Assembly (NCBI RefSeq): GCF_006345805.1
Contig: NC_043001.1
Location: forward strand, 12,028,001 to 12,092,000
Length of the DNA stretch: 64,000 bases
Direction of reading: 5' to 3'
Source of the DNA: Octopus sinensis
Taxonomy: Eukaryota
A model generated the notes under the pieces. The model saw only the letters and a list, made by a program, of their open reading frames with translations. It ran no database searches and was not told the origin of the DNA. Below are positions 27,356-40,750 of the stretch, one piece after another. The translations under genes and the position numbers were made by a program. Each line of letters opens with the position of its first letter. Positions within the stretch are counted from its first letter, which is position 1.

Positions 27356-27758
27356 AGGCGCAGGAGTGGCTGTGTGGTAAGTAGCTTGCTAACCAACCAC
27401 ATGGATTCGGGTTCAGTCCCACTGTGTGGCATCTTGGGCAAGTGTCTTCTACCCTAGCCTCGGGCCGCCCAAAGCCTTGTGAGTGGATTTGGTAGACGGA
27501 AACTGAAAGAAGCTTGTCGTATATATGTATATATATATGCGTGTGTGTGTTTGTGTGTCTGTGTTTGTCCCCCTAGCATTGCTTGACAACCGATGCTGGT
27601 GTGTTTATGTCCCCGTTACTTAGCGGTTCGGCAAAAGAGACCGATAGAATAAGTACTGTGCTTACAAAAGAATAAGTCCCGGGGTCGAGTTGCTCGATTA
27701 AAGGCGGTGCTCCAGCATGGCCGCAGTCAAATGACTGAAACAAGTAAAAGAGTAAAAG
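27356..27758 (+). mobile_element. SINE family A
   Basis: Full-length forward copy. Confidence 0.9.
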
Positions 27759-28326
27759 GATATATATAAACTTTGTGTCAAGCTTTCTATGATTAATAAT
27801 TGAGGTTATTTATTGTTCGATTCCGTTTATATCTTTCTTATGGGTAACTACTTGATCACGTATTAATAAATTGTCTTTTGATCTCTTTTATTTCACTCTG
27901 CCTTGAACTTGTTTTAATTCTCTGATTAAAGCGATTTCTTATTTCGTTGGAAATAAAAATTACCATATATAATGAGATGAGACTGTTTAAGTGGATTGAA
28001 CTTGATTATTTAATTATCCATGTATATATAGTCAATTATAAGCAAATATGTCAGCTATAGTACTTACCAAGAATAGTATATCGGAGACTTTTCTCCTTTT
28101 TGAACTATTATCTGTAATTGATAGTACAAGTTTTGTGTGTGATTTGATCAAAATCGATTCATTACGAAAAACCGATTTTCTTTATATATTATTAGTTCTA
28201 AGTTGTAAGAGAGACAGGAGCAAATTTTAGTGGTTCCATATGTAATAAAACGGTTATCAATCAGCTAAGAACAAGAAATATTAATGGTAGAAATTAAATC
28301 ATTGAGATCTGTGTATTATTTTTCAG

Positions 28327-28343
28327 GTTTTATATGAATTTGG
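28327..28343 (+). CDS. Candidate 17-nt microexon (FYMNL or VLYEF)
   Basis: tattatttttcag acceptor, TGG|GTAAGA donor. Confidence 0.4.
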
Positions 28344-28667
28344 GTAAGAAAACTGAGTTCCGTGGTACAAGAAACGATAACGTTACAATCTGTGCATTTT
28401 ACAGTTTATAGGCTTGATTTTGTGGTCAAAATGGAAAAGGAATAATGGGTTAGCTAACGGTCAAAATAATTTTTTTTTCATTCAAAACTACATGTGCTAC
28501 GAAACTGGTATGATTATTTGACGTTCAGATTTCCAATTCGGTTGAATTTTCTTGCATAAATTGGTGAATATTATCATTAATCAATAAACAATTTGTATTA
28601 ATATTGAAGCGTGGTCGAAATCTAAGACCCTGAATCGAGACTAATAAGATATATCATTTACATTTCC

Positions 28668-29038
28668 TGGAGGCGCAATGGCCCAGTGTTTAAGGCAGCG
28701 GACTTGCGGTCATAGGATCGCGGTTTCGATTCCCAGACCGGGCGTTGTGAGTGTTTATTGAGCGAAAACACCTAAAGCTCCACAAGGCTCCGGCAGGGGA
28801 TGGTGGTGATCCCTGCTGTACTCTTTCACCACAACTTTCTCTCACTCTTACTTCCTATTTCTGTTGTACCTGTATTTCAAAGGGCCGGCCTTGTCACTCT
28901 CTGTGTCACGCTGAATATCCCCGAGACCTACGTTTAGGGTACACGTGTCTGTGGAGTGCTCAGCCACTTACACGTTAATTTCACGAGCAGGCTGTTCCGT
29001 TGATTCGGATCAACCGGAACCGACGGAGTGCTTCCACC
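28668..29038 (+). mobile_element. SINE family C, full length
   Basis: tRNA-like head, imperfect atcattt(a/c)cattt TSD; matches 57755-58138. Confidence 0.9.
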
Positions 29039-29062
29039 ATCATTTCCATTTTTTCTCTACAG

Positions 29063-29504
29063 GGATGATATATGATTACTGCACCAGCTGTTAATAAATA
29101 ACCCTCGAGGGGCTGAGGACGTTGATGATAGAGCAGCCATTGAAACGCTGAAATGCCTAGAGCCAGACTGTCGTTTTTAAAAGCAAGACATTTCGTTCCT
29201 ATTTTTTAGATTCGTATATTGTATCTTTAGTGATATAGATAAAAGAAAAGAAAAGAATTTGGCTAAACTGGCAAAATGACCATTCCGAAATACAACAATA
29301 TCTGTTTCAACACACGATTTCACATAAAAAATCTTACGCAACAAATATATAAATGTAAAAAAAGAATTGCTTTCCATAAATGATGATAAATGGAAAAATA
29401 GTGAACAGATATATTTGACTATGTGTCGATTTGCAATGAATCTGCCAGAAAATTCCTATGAGAATTCTACACCCGATATACTCGCCTTCATACAGTTTAT
29501 ATAG
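29063..29504 (+). pseudogene. Coding-like terminal exon candidate with several lesions
   Basis: Strong acceptor (ttttttctctacag). Protein-like segments LLHQLLINNPRGAEDVDDRAAIETLKCLEPDC, KRIWLNWQNDHSEIQQYLFQH and NDDKWKNSEQIYLTMCRFAMNLPE lie in shifting frames, with breaks at homopolymers. Confidence 0.3.
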
Positions 29505-30269
29505 TGTATTATTTACTCGGAATGACGACTTTAAATTAACCTTTCCATTTTACACCATCTCTGACTAATCAGTTTTAATATTATCAATTATATCCAGTTT
29601 CGACGTGCATTGATCAAAAGTTAAACCATAGTGTCAAAGCTTTGAATCGATTTTCCTGTACAAAGTGTTTGAAATTTAAGTTATCACATATCGTAAAATC
29701 ATGGTTAGTTGCAGTGAATCTTGAATTGCTATATGTCATTATGAAAAGGTTATTTCTGATTCATTATGATTTATTGAACTAGTTACAGGTGATTACTATT
29801 AATCATTCGCAGACGTTATATTTCCTGCTTCAGAGACCTTCAATGCGTTTCAAGCATATTGAAATTCTGTCTCCGTTTGGATCTTAGGCAATATGTACAA
29901 CGATACACTGCTGGGTGAAGATCGAAATACGAGCTAGTTTATTAATCCGATATGTCCAACAGTGTAATATTTAGAGTTGAAATTCAAGAGAATTCGTGCG
30001 ATAAGTTATATAAGATAGTCTTTGATGGCAACATCCCCTCCTATGGCTTGGCCACAAGCATCTGAGACCAATATTAACTTCACTAACTATTAGTATTCAT
30101 AAGAGTATTTCAGAAATATAGAGTTGTCGGATGAATTGTTTTTTTTCCGATGATTTCATAACGCGTCGCAATGTGTAAGCTTCAAACAACATTACCGGAA
30201 ACACGGCGTGGTAATTTAACACGGTATCGCTCGCCAATACGCTGCGATGTTGACGAAAAGCTATTATTT

Positions 30270-30510
30270 ATAAGCTCATGCGGCAAGTATTTTTGCAATC
30301 TCCGTATTCTCCTGACAGAGCATCCTCTCATTGTCACCTTTACTGTGACTTACCAGGAGTCAGCCAGGTGTTTACTTGAACAACGATGTAGAACAGAAAA
30401 CGTGGATAGATGAAACCTTGTCAAGAAACAATGATCTCATCGACTAGAAACTGAGATGTTGGCAAGTGGTCTTCAACAATGAAGGAGATTGTATTATGGA
30501 GCAGTATTTC
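30270..30510 (+). pseudogene. Old mariner transposase C-terminal remnant
   Basis: PYSPDRASSHCHLY resembles the mariner YSPDLAPSDYHLF motif; WQVVFNNEGD follows in another frame. Confidence 0.5.
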
Positions 30511-31223
30511 AAAAATTGTTCATGAAAAATAAAACAAGAGCTGCCAGAGATTGCAAACCTCAGCCAAGGCAACACCAACGTCATCTCAATGATTAACCAG
30601 AGCAGATTTTTTTAAATGAGAATATCTAAAATAAACGCCACTACTCTCACAAACGAGTATACTAAACATGAACGGGACCGCTCTCAAAACCTAAGTAAAA
30701 AAACAGGCAAAATAATCCAGAATCTTTATCCGATTCCAAAATCTAATGAGTTCGTGCCAGGCACAAGGCCCAACGTTCCCGAATGTTTCATCCGATTCAA
30801 TCTAATGGTTCATGGGATATCTTCTCCACAGACCAACAAACAGGCAATCAAAGAAACACGACTGAAAAAACAATACCTCCACTTTCGTAATAAGTGAGGG
30901 AGTAAAGCGAACGCGGATTATGTGACAACGGAGGAAAAATTCGACACATGATTCACCGGAATTGTTTGTGTATGTTAAAGAAATAAAAAAAAACAATTGC
31001 TAATTTTTGAATACATGCTTGAAATATTAGCTTCTTACAATAACATTATTCTGTAATATGATGAGAGAATATAAAAATATGCAACCGAAATTTATCTTTA
31101 TTTAGTAATACACACACATATTAGATATATATATATATATTACATAATGCAATTTTCATAATTTAATTATCATATTGCATAGTAATATAATACAAGAAAA
31201 ACTATAGAAGAAAAATCAAAATA

Positions 31224-31307
<84 letters not shown>

Positions 31308-31635
31308 TGTACACACACATACACACACCTAAACACACACAAACATACACATGTATTTATATATATATCTATCTATATATATATATATATATATTATATA
31401 TGTGTGTGTGTGTGTGTGTATATGTATAAAAACAATAATTGAAATTGAGAAATACAATCGACAAACGAAAATAATAATTACGTTATAATACAATATATCA
31501 TAAAAACATATGACAACAAATTTTCAAAAAATCCCATATAAAGCCAGTAGTTTGTTTCGACTCATATACAAAAGCGAATTTATACAAAGTTCCTATCTTG
31601 AAGGCCATTGTTAAAAACAAACATACGAAATACCA

Positions 31636-32924
31636 TGTAAGGACCCGACCAGACTCAAAGCGTCACTTAAGCGTACCGATAGTGCCAGGTCAGGGCGCCT
31701 TAATCTGAAGCGGAATATATCTTCTGGAAGGTGTTTATTACCTTGAAAAATCCGTGCCTGAGATGACCTACACAGATACCTGCGGAGCCTATCCAGGATC
31801 TTTAATGTAGGTTACGTCTCCTCCCCTGGAAAACGTTTTGGTAAACTTTCCCACCGCTTCTCCACTGCGGAAAAAGATTAAATATTCCTCCTCCACATGG
31901 GTCGAGGCCACAACTTCTACCTTCGGTGGCACAATTTCCACCAACTGGGCTTAGGAACATGCCGGCAGTGTATTAACCGCAGGCACTGCCCCGTTTTTAT
32001 TTTTTATCCCATTTGCTACGGTACGGTGTAGTTCCTCCGCTTTAATTGGAGAATCTTCTCTCTCTCCCTCAGCCTTGGGGTCCTTCAGTGGGCAACAATG
32101 GTTGCCCACCTTCTTCCTTTATTCCCCTTTTTTTTCGGTGAGGTCCCCACTGCTTCAATCTCTCTCTTTCCGAAGGAGGAGGTGGGGATTCTTCCATAAC
32201 TAACTGTTCCAAAACCTTAATTTGGTCCTGGAGACAGTTCTTTTTAATGTGGCCTAGTCATAGGTGATGCCTGGGAGGTGTCAACAGATACCTAGAACCG
32301 GCCATTTTAAGAAAATCTGGAAACACTACATACTTGGCTGATTGGGTTCAGAGGGTCAGAACCGCTTTTAACCCCACACAATCAGCTGCAAGCAAAATTA
32401 TCAGCTTTCTTTGCCGTGTTTTTAAGTAAAAAAAAAATCAAACACAAGTTCAAAGAGAAGAAAAAACAAAAACAGAACACAGAAGAATGAAGACAGTTCA
32501 CAACACAGCAGAATTCAATAAAGCCCAATTGCGGTCGACACTACGCCTAAGCCTAGGGTAATACACCAGCAGGAACAGAGCTCCACAAATTGGTACAATT
32601 CCTCGAATTTCAGACGTTGGCGCAATTCCTCGAATTTCACCACTTTTTACTAAACTTCAAAATTTTTTGTACAATTCCACGAATTTCACAAATTTTGGGG
32701 GGAGCTTTGACCCCCCTCAACAACAACAATTCTCATAGCTAAGTGAGTCACTTAGCTCGACTGCAGGCAGACAAATGTCCGGGACATAGTGAGAATTTCT
32801 CATTTGCAAAAACAATATCAAATAACAAAACCCCGCTAAATCTCCCCCAAAACAGATGCCTACCTCACAGTCGCGCCTTCAACTTTCTTCATTTCAAGAG
32901 CGCTACCAAAACAACGTTTTGACA
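31636..32924 (-). mobile_element. Solo-LTR-like element (1289 bp)
   Basis: TGT...ACA termini, perfect 6-bp TSD ATACCA (31630-31635 and 32925-32930), GC-rich body, and a minus-strand AATAAA about 100 nt from the end. Confidence 0.75.
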
Positions 32925-33550
32925 ATACCAGTGTAGCAGTAACTGTCTAACGCATGCGCAGTAAGCAAACTGCTTACCACATAGCCACTCCTGCGCCTAT
33001 ATATGTTTACGGATAATAATTGAGTAAATATGGTAGATTTCAAAATATACATATATTTTACACAGAAGCGTTGAAGACGATGTGTAGAAACATAGAGAAT
33101 TGAGGGTGAAATATTCATTTTCTGCCGCAAGCATTTGACTGGAAGATTAGGTGAACTAGATTTCGGAAAGGATTAACATATCGAAATGCAGTATACTAAA
33201 AAGTAAGACAAACTATTCATGAATACAGATTATAGAAAATGTATTTTCTGTACATAATAATATTGTGTAAAAATACAAAAGAAAATATATGCAATGCAAA
33301 AATAAGTTATAAGCTTATGTGGAATGTAAAACATATAGAATGATAAAACGTAGAATATACATATATATAGAGAAACATATATTACTTTGAGATATAAGCA
33401 ATTTAATGTAAGCATAAAACTGTTAGTTCTTTTATATGTGTGTATGTATGTGCATACATACACACGCACACACACAGATATTTATATACATGTATATATA
33501 CAAATATGTATACATATATGTATATATATATATATGGACATACATATATA

Positions 33551-33584
<34 letters not shown>

Positions 33585-33625
33585 TATATGCATATATATA
33601 TATAATTTATATATATATATATATA

Positions 33626-33658
<33 letters not shown>

Positions 33659-33666
33659 ATATATAT

Positions 33667-33703
<37 letters not shown>

Positions 33704-33888
33704 GTACTTATATACATATATATGTGTGTATATATATGCATATACATATGTATATTTCTAAACGACTATATTTACACACACACACACACACATGTATATA
33801 GAATAGATGTGAAATTAACAAAACGAAAATGTACTCCATGCAGTGAGGGATAATCTAGAAAGGTATTCATTTTTTCTTTTATTCGTAG

Positions 33889-34093
33889 ACTTGTTTCACT
33901 CATTTGAGTGCGGCCATACTGGGGCACTGCTTTTAGTCGAGCAATGCGACCACAAGGACTTATACTTTCTAAGCTTAGTACTTACTACATCGGGTCACTT
34001 TTTCCGAAGTTACGGGGAGGTAAACACACCAGCGTCAGTTGATACATACGTACATACACACACACACACAGACATATATATATATATATATAA

Positions 34094-34136
<43 letters not shown>

Positions 34137-34291
34137 CACGAAGGACTTCTTTCGGTTTCCGTCTACCAAATCCACTCAAAAGGTTTTGGTCGGCCGTAGG
34201 AGACAGTTGCCGAAGGTGCCACGCAGTAGGACTGAACCCAGATCCATGTGAGTGGGAGGCAAGCTTCTTACCACACAGCCACTCCCGTGCC
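33889..34291 (-). mobile_element. SINE family A
   Basis: Diverged reverse copy. Confidence 0.85.
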
Positions 34292-35032
34292 TGTATATAT
34301 GTTTAAGTATTGAAATAGTTAACATAGATATTCCTAACAGTCAACATTGAATTGCGAATGCTTACATTTTACCTATTGAATTGCGAATGCTTACATTTTA
34401 CCTATTGAAAAATTTTACATTTTCCAAAACCAAACATGTGGTAAAAAATTACATTTTAAATACATACCTATGTGATAAGGTGATTTCTTCCAGCCGGGTC
34501 CAGTCCCAAGATGTGATCGTTTGGAGAGCTCTCATTTACTATAGCTTCCAGTCGACCAAAGTCTTGCGAGTAGATTTGGTAGACGGAAACCGAGAGAAAA
34601 CTGACGTAAATTTGCGTGTATTTGTGCCTATGTTTCCCCCACAAGCGCTTGACAACAAGTATCGGTCCATTAATGTCTCTGTAACGTTGTGGTTCGGTAA
34701 AAAGAGAATGATAGAATAACCACCAATCTTAAAATTAGCCACCCGAGTTGATTCACGGTATCGACCCAACATGGAACATGTAAAATGTAAACCATAACAT
34801 TAAAAATGAAAAGTGGCATTACCATCATAATCAGTTAACAACTAATCTATTTATCTGTGGCAAAATAAATGTTTACAAGAAACTATAGGACTTCTAGCGA
34901 ATAAAAGTCTTTCTCTTAAATGTGGGACAAGCACTTACTCTCCTCTTGAAAGCTAGTGCCTCATACCTAACGAAATATAGAATTTCAGTGTCTGAGCACA
35001 CACTGACAATGCATAATATAGAGCCTCCATCA

Positions 35033-35395
35033 AGGTGGGGAGCTGGCAGATACGTTAGCACACCGGGTGAAATGCTTAGTGTTATTTCGTCTGCGTTCAA
35101 ATTCCACCGAGATCGACTTTGCCTTTCATCCTTTCGGGGTCGATAAATTAAGTAACAGTTACGCACTGGGGTCGATGTAATCGAGTTAGTTCCTTTATCT
35201 GTCCTTGTTTGTCCTTTCTGTTAGCACACCGGGCGAAATGTTTAGCGTTATTTCGTCTGTTTTCAAGATCTGATTTCAAATTCCACCGAGGTCGACTTTG
35301 CCTTTCATACTTTCGGGCACGATAAATTAAGTACCAGTTGCGTACTGGTTTCGATCTAATCGACTGGCCCTCTCCCCCAAAATTTCCGGTATACA
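35033..35395 (+). mobile_element. Two tandem partial SINE family B copies
   Basis: The core CTTTGCCTTTCAT(C/A)CTTTCGGG occurs twice. Confidence 0.8.
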
Positions 35396-35796
35396 TAGCC
35401 TCCATATCAAACCCAATTATCTACCGTGATATTATACATTGACACACATCCTATTAAAAAGTATGTAGATTAATCTTGCTTTCGGATTATCCAAAGAAAC
35501 TAAGGTGCACGGTTACAAAAGTGAAACTGCAACAGAGAATTGTAACTTCAGCATCAGGAGACATGGGATCTATTATCATGTAGTCTTTGCATTAGAGATT
35601 TCTTTAAATTCTTTCGTAAATTACTTAGTTGCAGAAATGATGGCAGATTCTCTTATGAAAAATCTCCTATGCGTAATTAGTAAGATTGCTAATACGCTAT
35701 TAACTAACAATGCAAAATGTCTTCAACAAAGAAACTAATAATTTAAACGTCACTTCTTTTTATTCACGTTTGTTTCGGCGCTTAACCATAAGAATA

Positions 35797-36165
35797 TCTT
35801 TATATATAAAACTGTAGTTGTGTGAGTGTCTGTCCCCTTCGATTTAGATTCCTAACTACTCCCACATTTTGCGGTGCAGTTTAAACAAAACCGGGTATCT
35901 TATAGTCGTGATTCATATCGAGCCCTTCTGGGTATTAGCGCTTGTCTACGATTTTTAAAATAATTTACTATCATTTTTTCCATTTTCATGCATATTTTTT
36001 TAAAGGGAAGTAACTCTCTAAAAATGTCAACGATTAAAAAAAAAATACCATCATATTTTTTCCATTTTTATTGCATTCTTTTGCTATTTTTTGGCTATAA
36101 CTCTCTAAAAATGCTGTATAGTTATTTCCCTTACAGACCCGAACAACGCCGGGCGATACTGTTAG
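35797..36165 (+). mobile_element. Non-autonomous Helitron (second copy)
   Basis: A|TC start, hairpin CCCG..CGGG, TTAG|T end; homologous to 53-454. Confidence 0.78.
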
Positions 36166-36483
36166 TTGTTTCATATAAATTAACGACATATTTTTAATAT
36201 TTAATGTACAAACTATTCGGTGGAATTCGGCGAAATTTCCACAGCCGGACAGCAACAGTTATATGCGCGTGGTGTGTAAAATACACGAAAATATAAACAA
36301 ACCGCGGCCATTTGCATAATTTCCACGAACTAACAGTGTTCCAAATTGTGAAAGAGTCGTCTGATAATCGTATAATTATGGGTCTTAAATGTGACTTAAC
36401 TACTTCAGAGAAATCTATTGTTACTTCTGAACTTACAAATGATAAATCAACAATAGAAATATCTAAAATAATTGGAAGATATT

Positions 36484-36915
36484 AGGCGTAGGAGTGGCTG
36501 TGTGCATAGGCGTAGGAGTGGCTGTGTGGTAAGTAGCCTGCTTACGGACCACATGGTTCCGGGTTCAATCCCACTGTGTGGCATCTTGGGTAAGTGTGTT
36601 CTACTATAGCCTCGGGCCGACCAAAGCCTTGTGAGTGGATTTGTTGGACGAAACTAACAGAAGCCCGTCGTATATTTGGATATATATTTGTGTGTGTGTG
36701 TGTTTGTGTCTGTGTCTTCCCTCCAACATCGCTTGACAACCTATGCTTGTGTGTTTACGTCCCCGTAACTTAGCTGTTCGGCCAAAAGACCGATAAAATA
36801 AGTACTAGGCTTGCAAAGAATAAGGCCTGGGGTCGATTTGCTCGACTAAATGCGGTGCTCCAGCCTTGTCAGTGTCAAATGACTGAAATAATAAAAGTGT
36901 AAAAATTGTAAAGAG
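36484..36915 (+). mobile_element. SINE family A with duplicated head
   Basis: GGCGTAGGAGTGGCTGTGTG occurs twice in tandem. Confidence 0.88.
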
Positions 36916-37179
36916 TAATCTGTGAAAACATATTTTACAGCTCCTACAAATTTACGCAAGCAAGACGATAACTGTTAGTTGAGGGCTATTTCTGAAGGTG
37001 CTCTGTCATGAATTGAGCGTTAAACTGTAAGAAACCGCAGGTCTTACAAGTGGAAAGCATTTCAAGCGCAATAGCGAAAACCTCTGTCCAAATCTATCCA
37101 ATGTCGTCATCAGAAGAAAAATGTCGGTAAACTTGTGTCATCAGTTAAAAGGTGTCCTTGAAACAAAATACACATAAAA

Positions 37180-37790
37180 AACCGTCTGCCATGGGCAGAA
37201 GTTATCATGAAAGTCGACTTTTTAAAAGTTTTTGTTTACGGACGAAACTCGTGCTCAGCTGAATGGACCTGATAGTTGGAGCAAGGAATGTGTTATAAAC
37301 GGACTAGATTCTCATGTGTGCTTCAGACGCCAACAAGGGCGAGGATACATCATGATTTGGGCAAGTATTATGGCAGCTATTTGGAAAGGGCCTGGCAGTA
37401 TTAGAATGACTGCTGATGCTTACGTAACCTGTCTGAGGAATCTTGGTTAAAGAAAAAGCAAAGGACCACCTTCTAGACAACCATAATATTCATGCAAGAT
37501 AATGCCTCTTCGCACTGAGAGAAGTAAAATTACAGGGTATCTACAATATTTAGGCTTCCGTGGACCACGGAAGATAAAGTGGCCTGTCTGCTATCCCAAC
37601 TTAAACCCAACTGAAAACTTGTGGATGATTCTAAAGCGACGCGGTTACGAAAAATGTTTGGCAATTTAGGAGCAAGAATGAACTGTGGAAGGCAATAGGG
37701 GATGTATCTCATTGTATAACATCAGAGGAGATCCAGAAACTAGCATGATTCATGGATCAGTGCCTTTTCCAACTTCTTTCAAACAGTGTC
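37180..37790 (+). pseudogene. Decayed Tc1-like transposase
   Basis: LFTDETRAQLNGPD, IMIWA, IFMQDNASSH and PNLNPTENLW motifs in broken frames. TIRs were not found. Confidence 0.75.
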
Positions 37791-38135
37791 ATCTTTCCCT
37801 TACTAACCAGCTCACCTATAATGTTTCAACGCTGTTTATTCGTTTATTCAATTTCTTCCATGGTTATGTCGATATTTCAGTATGAACATCAAACAATTAA
37901 ATTGGCGTTTGTTTGTTTGCATGAGTTTTAAGTAATAACTTGAAATATTGACAGTTTAAGTAAATATGGTAAATGGCCGTAGTATCTGTGCTGTTTTACG
38001 TAAATACTTTGCCTTTCATCCTTTCGGGGTCGATAAATAAAGTACCAGTTACGCACTGGGGTCGATGTAATCGACTTAATCCGTTTGTCTGTCCTTCTTT
38101 GTCCCCTCTGTGTTTAGCTCCTTGTGGGCAATAAA

Positions 38136-38192
<57 letters not shown>

Positions 38193-38290
38193 AATATTAG
38201 GGAATAAATCCAAACTTACAGGGAAAAATTAGATTTAGGATTAAATCCAATTTTATAGTATAGATATATTATATTATATTATATTATATA

Positions 38291-38421
38291 GAGATAAAAC
38301 CACTATTAGGCAAATCAAACAATGAAAAACATAAGCCAATACGTAAAATTAATTTAGAATATAAAAGTTAAAAATAAAAAATTATTTAAATAATTTAAAC
38401 TAATAAATTTTATATATATAT

Positions 38422-38484
<63 letters not shown>

Positions 38485-38806
38485 GCATGTATGTATATTT
38501 TTATATTTATATATTATTTTATTTATTAATTAATTAATTAATTAATTTATTTATTTTTTAATATGTATCAAATGTATTAAAAGTTTAATAAAATATAAAT
38601 AAATAAAGAAAATAAATTAATAAATAAATTAATATATAAATATAAAAATATACATTCATATACATATATATTTGTATATATATATATATAATTTATAAGT
38701 TTAAATTTTAAAAAAAATTTATTTTTAACTTTTATATTTTAAAATTAATTTTATGTTTTGGCTTATGTTTTTTACTGTTTGATTTGCCTAATAGTGGTTT
38801 TATCTC
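38291..38806. repeat. AT-rich foldback (inverted repeat)
   Basis: GAGATAAAACCACTATTAGGCAAATCAAACA is matched by its reverse complement at 38776-38806, and pairing continues inward. Confidence 0.85.
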
Positions 38807-38813
38807 TAATTTA

Positions 38814-38860
<47 letters not shown>

Positions 38861-39538
38861 GTTTATGTATGTATGTATGTATGTATTTGACCACAGCAAA
38901 ACGAAGTAGGATATGACTACAGAGGTGGAAGCTTTTCAATCTAGAATCACATCGTAGAAAAGTTTAATTGTAATTGCTAGTATGCAAGAAACAACGTAAA
39001 CACCAAATCCGCTAATTTTGAAAATGTGATTTCGAAACTCTGGAAATGGCGAATATGGATTTAGGTGACTAATTGTTCCAAAATATTTGCAAACGCCGGG
39101 TAAGAAAATACGAGAATTCTAAATTAAGGAAAATCTCGAACAGTAGTATTTTTAATGACACCATGCATGTTAATAATGGTAGAAGCAATGTTGAAAATCT
39201 AAGTGATTTATTTTTTCTTTATTGATACACAGACCCAAAATCTGAATTTTCTAAGAAAGGACATAAATACTAATTGAATCTTTACTTTGCATTATATTGT
39301 CAATCTTTAACGTTGGAAAATAAATGTTTGCTCCGCGTACATGTGTGTAAGTGTATTCGCATTTTTAATGTAGAAATACGTTTTTAATGTAGAAATACGT
39401 CTAATTGTATACACGAGATATTGTATACGAGAGCGCAGTAGTTATGCAGATGAACAAAACTATGCATTAGAAACTTTTATTCAAATTTCTCCTATACATA
39501 GCCACCAACGAAACTGCGTATATTTTCTTCACACATAG

Positions 39539-39660
39539 AAACCACTGTCAAACACCCGATACGATACAAATCCTCTGAGGCGTGTTCGGGAGGGACGAAG
39601 GTATCCTGAAACGGGTGACCTGGCCAGATTGCTTGCGACATTGTGTAATCCGCTCTGGAG
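39539..39660 (+). CDS. Candidate exon (KPLSNTRYDTNPLRRVREGRRYPETGDLARLLATLCNPLW)
   Basis: Acceptor ttttcttcacacatag, donor GAG|GTAACT. The antisense frame is also open but has weaker splice signals. Confidence 0.3.
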
Positions 39661-40750
39661 GTAACTATGATGTCAGATGATGTTGGTAAACACGACAAAC
39701 GTTTATATCAACCATTGAAATATGCTAATGTGTTAAAAGTCGGAATAATTAGTGCAAAGCAAATAAGTTAACAGTATACCGCATTGAATTGGTACAATTT
39801 TCATCAAACCCAAAAGAAAGAAATGAGGGAACGCTTCTTTTATAACACAGTACATTCTCTGACAATTGGCGTGTGTGTATTCAAATGTAGACAAACACAT
39901 ATTTGGAAAATATGCGGAAGCTTTCACGTATAAACATGCGTACATTCAAGTCGCATATATATATATATATATAAATTAGTGAGAGTTTATGAAAAAAACA
40001 ACAACAGACAAGGACAGGTGGCGTATAAAACAAACAGATGTATTAGTATAACACTCAGGAATAGAAAAAGTCTTTTACGTTTCGAGCATACTCCCTTCTA
40101 CAGAAAGGGACACAGAAAAAACAAGGAGAGAAAAACATTTGTGTAGTAATTGACGATCTATCATGGCGATATATATATATATATATGTATGTATGTATAT
40201 ATAGATTCACTTTAATGAGCACATCGTCACTTGAAACGTGGCTGTGTGGATAAACTCTCTCGTTGATCAGGACCTTAGGGAATTATTTTCAACTGTAGAA
40301 TCTGGCCGACGAAAATCAGAGTTTATTTGGTAGACGGAAACTGAAAGACGTTCGTCCTATATATATCGCTCTTGGACTGTAATATTGTTCTCCAACACCG
40401 CTTAACGGCCGTTGCTGGCTTATTTATATTTCTTTACAACGAGACCATGCAACTGCATCAGTACTCTTCAGTATTTCAAAATGGTGTCTTGGCATAGCTG
40501 CTGTCAAATGCAGAAACAACTAAAATGCAAATGTATGTGTGTGTACCTACACCACTATCCTTGTGTCTGAAGAAAGCACTTGCTTAAGAATATAAGCACA
40601 TTGGGTATTTTGATACGTGAGTGTGAATTGTATGGCTATGTTTATAGGTGTGCGTGTGATGGGCAATTCATATGCATGTAAAAACCTACCTGACAGATCA
40701 AAACGTGAAGGCGTCATGAGAGGACAACAGAATTAGCTTTACCTTCCCAG

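Noticed and set aside
29073-29075. In-frame TGA as selenocysteine (DDI-U-LLHQ)
   Set aside because: No SECIS is seen downstream, and a one-base homopolymer indel or ordinary decay explains it more simply.
16690-39400. Short direct repeats (16690-16745, 23655-23700, 34347-34410, 39360-39400) as CRISPR-like or regulatory arrays
   Set aside because: These are adjacent 2-4 copy slippage duplications with no spacers.
40561-40600. GTGT-CTGAAGA-AAGC-ACTT-GCTT hammerhead-like motif
   Set aside because: The GAAA core is disrupted; at best a decayed relic.
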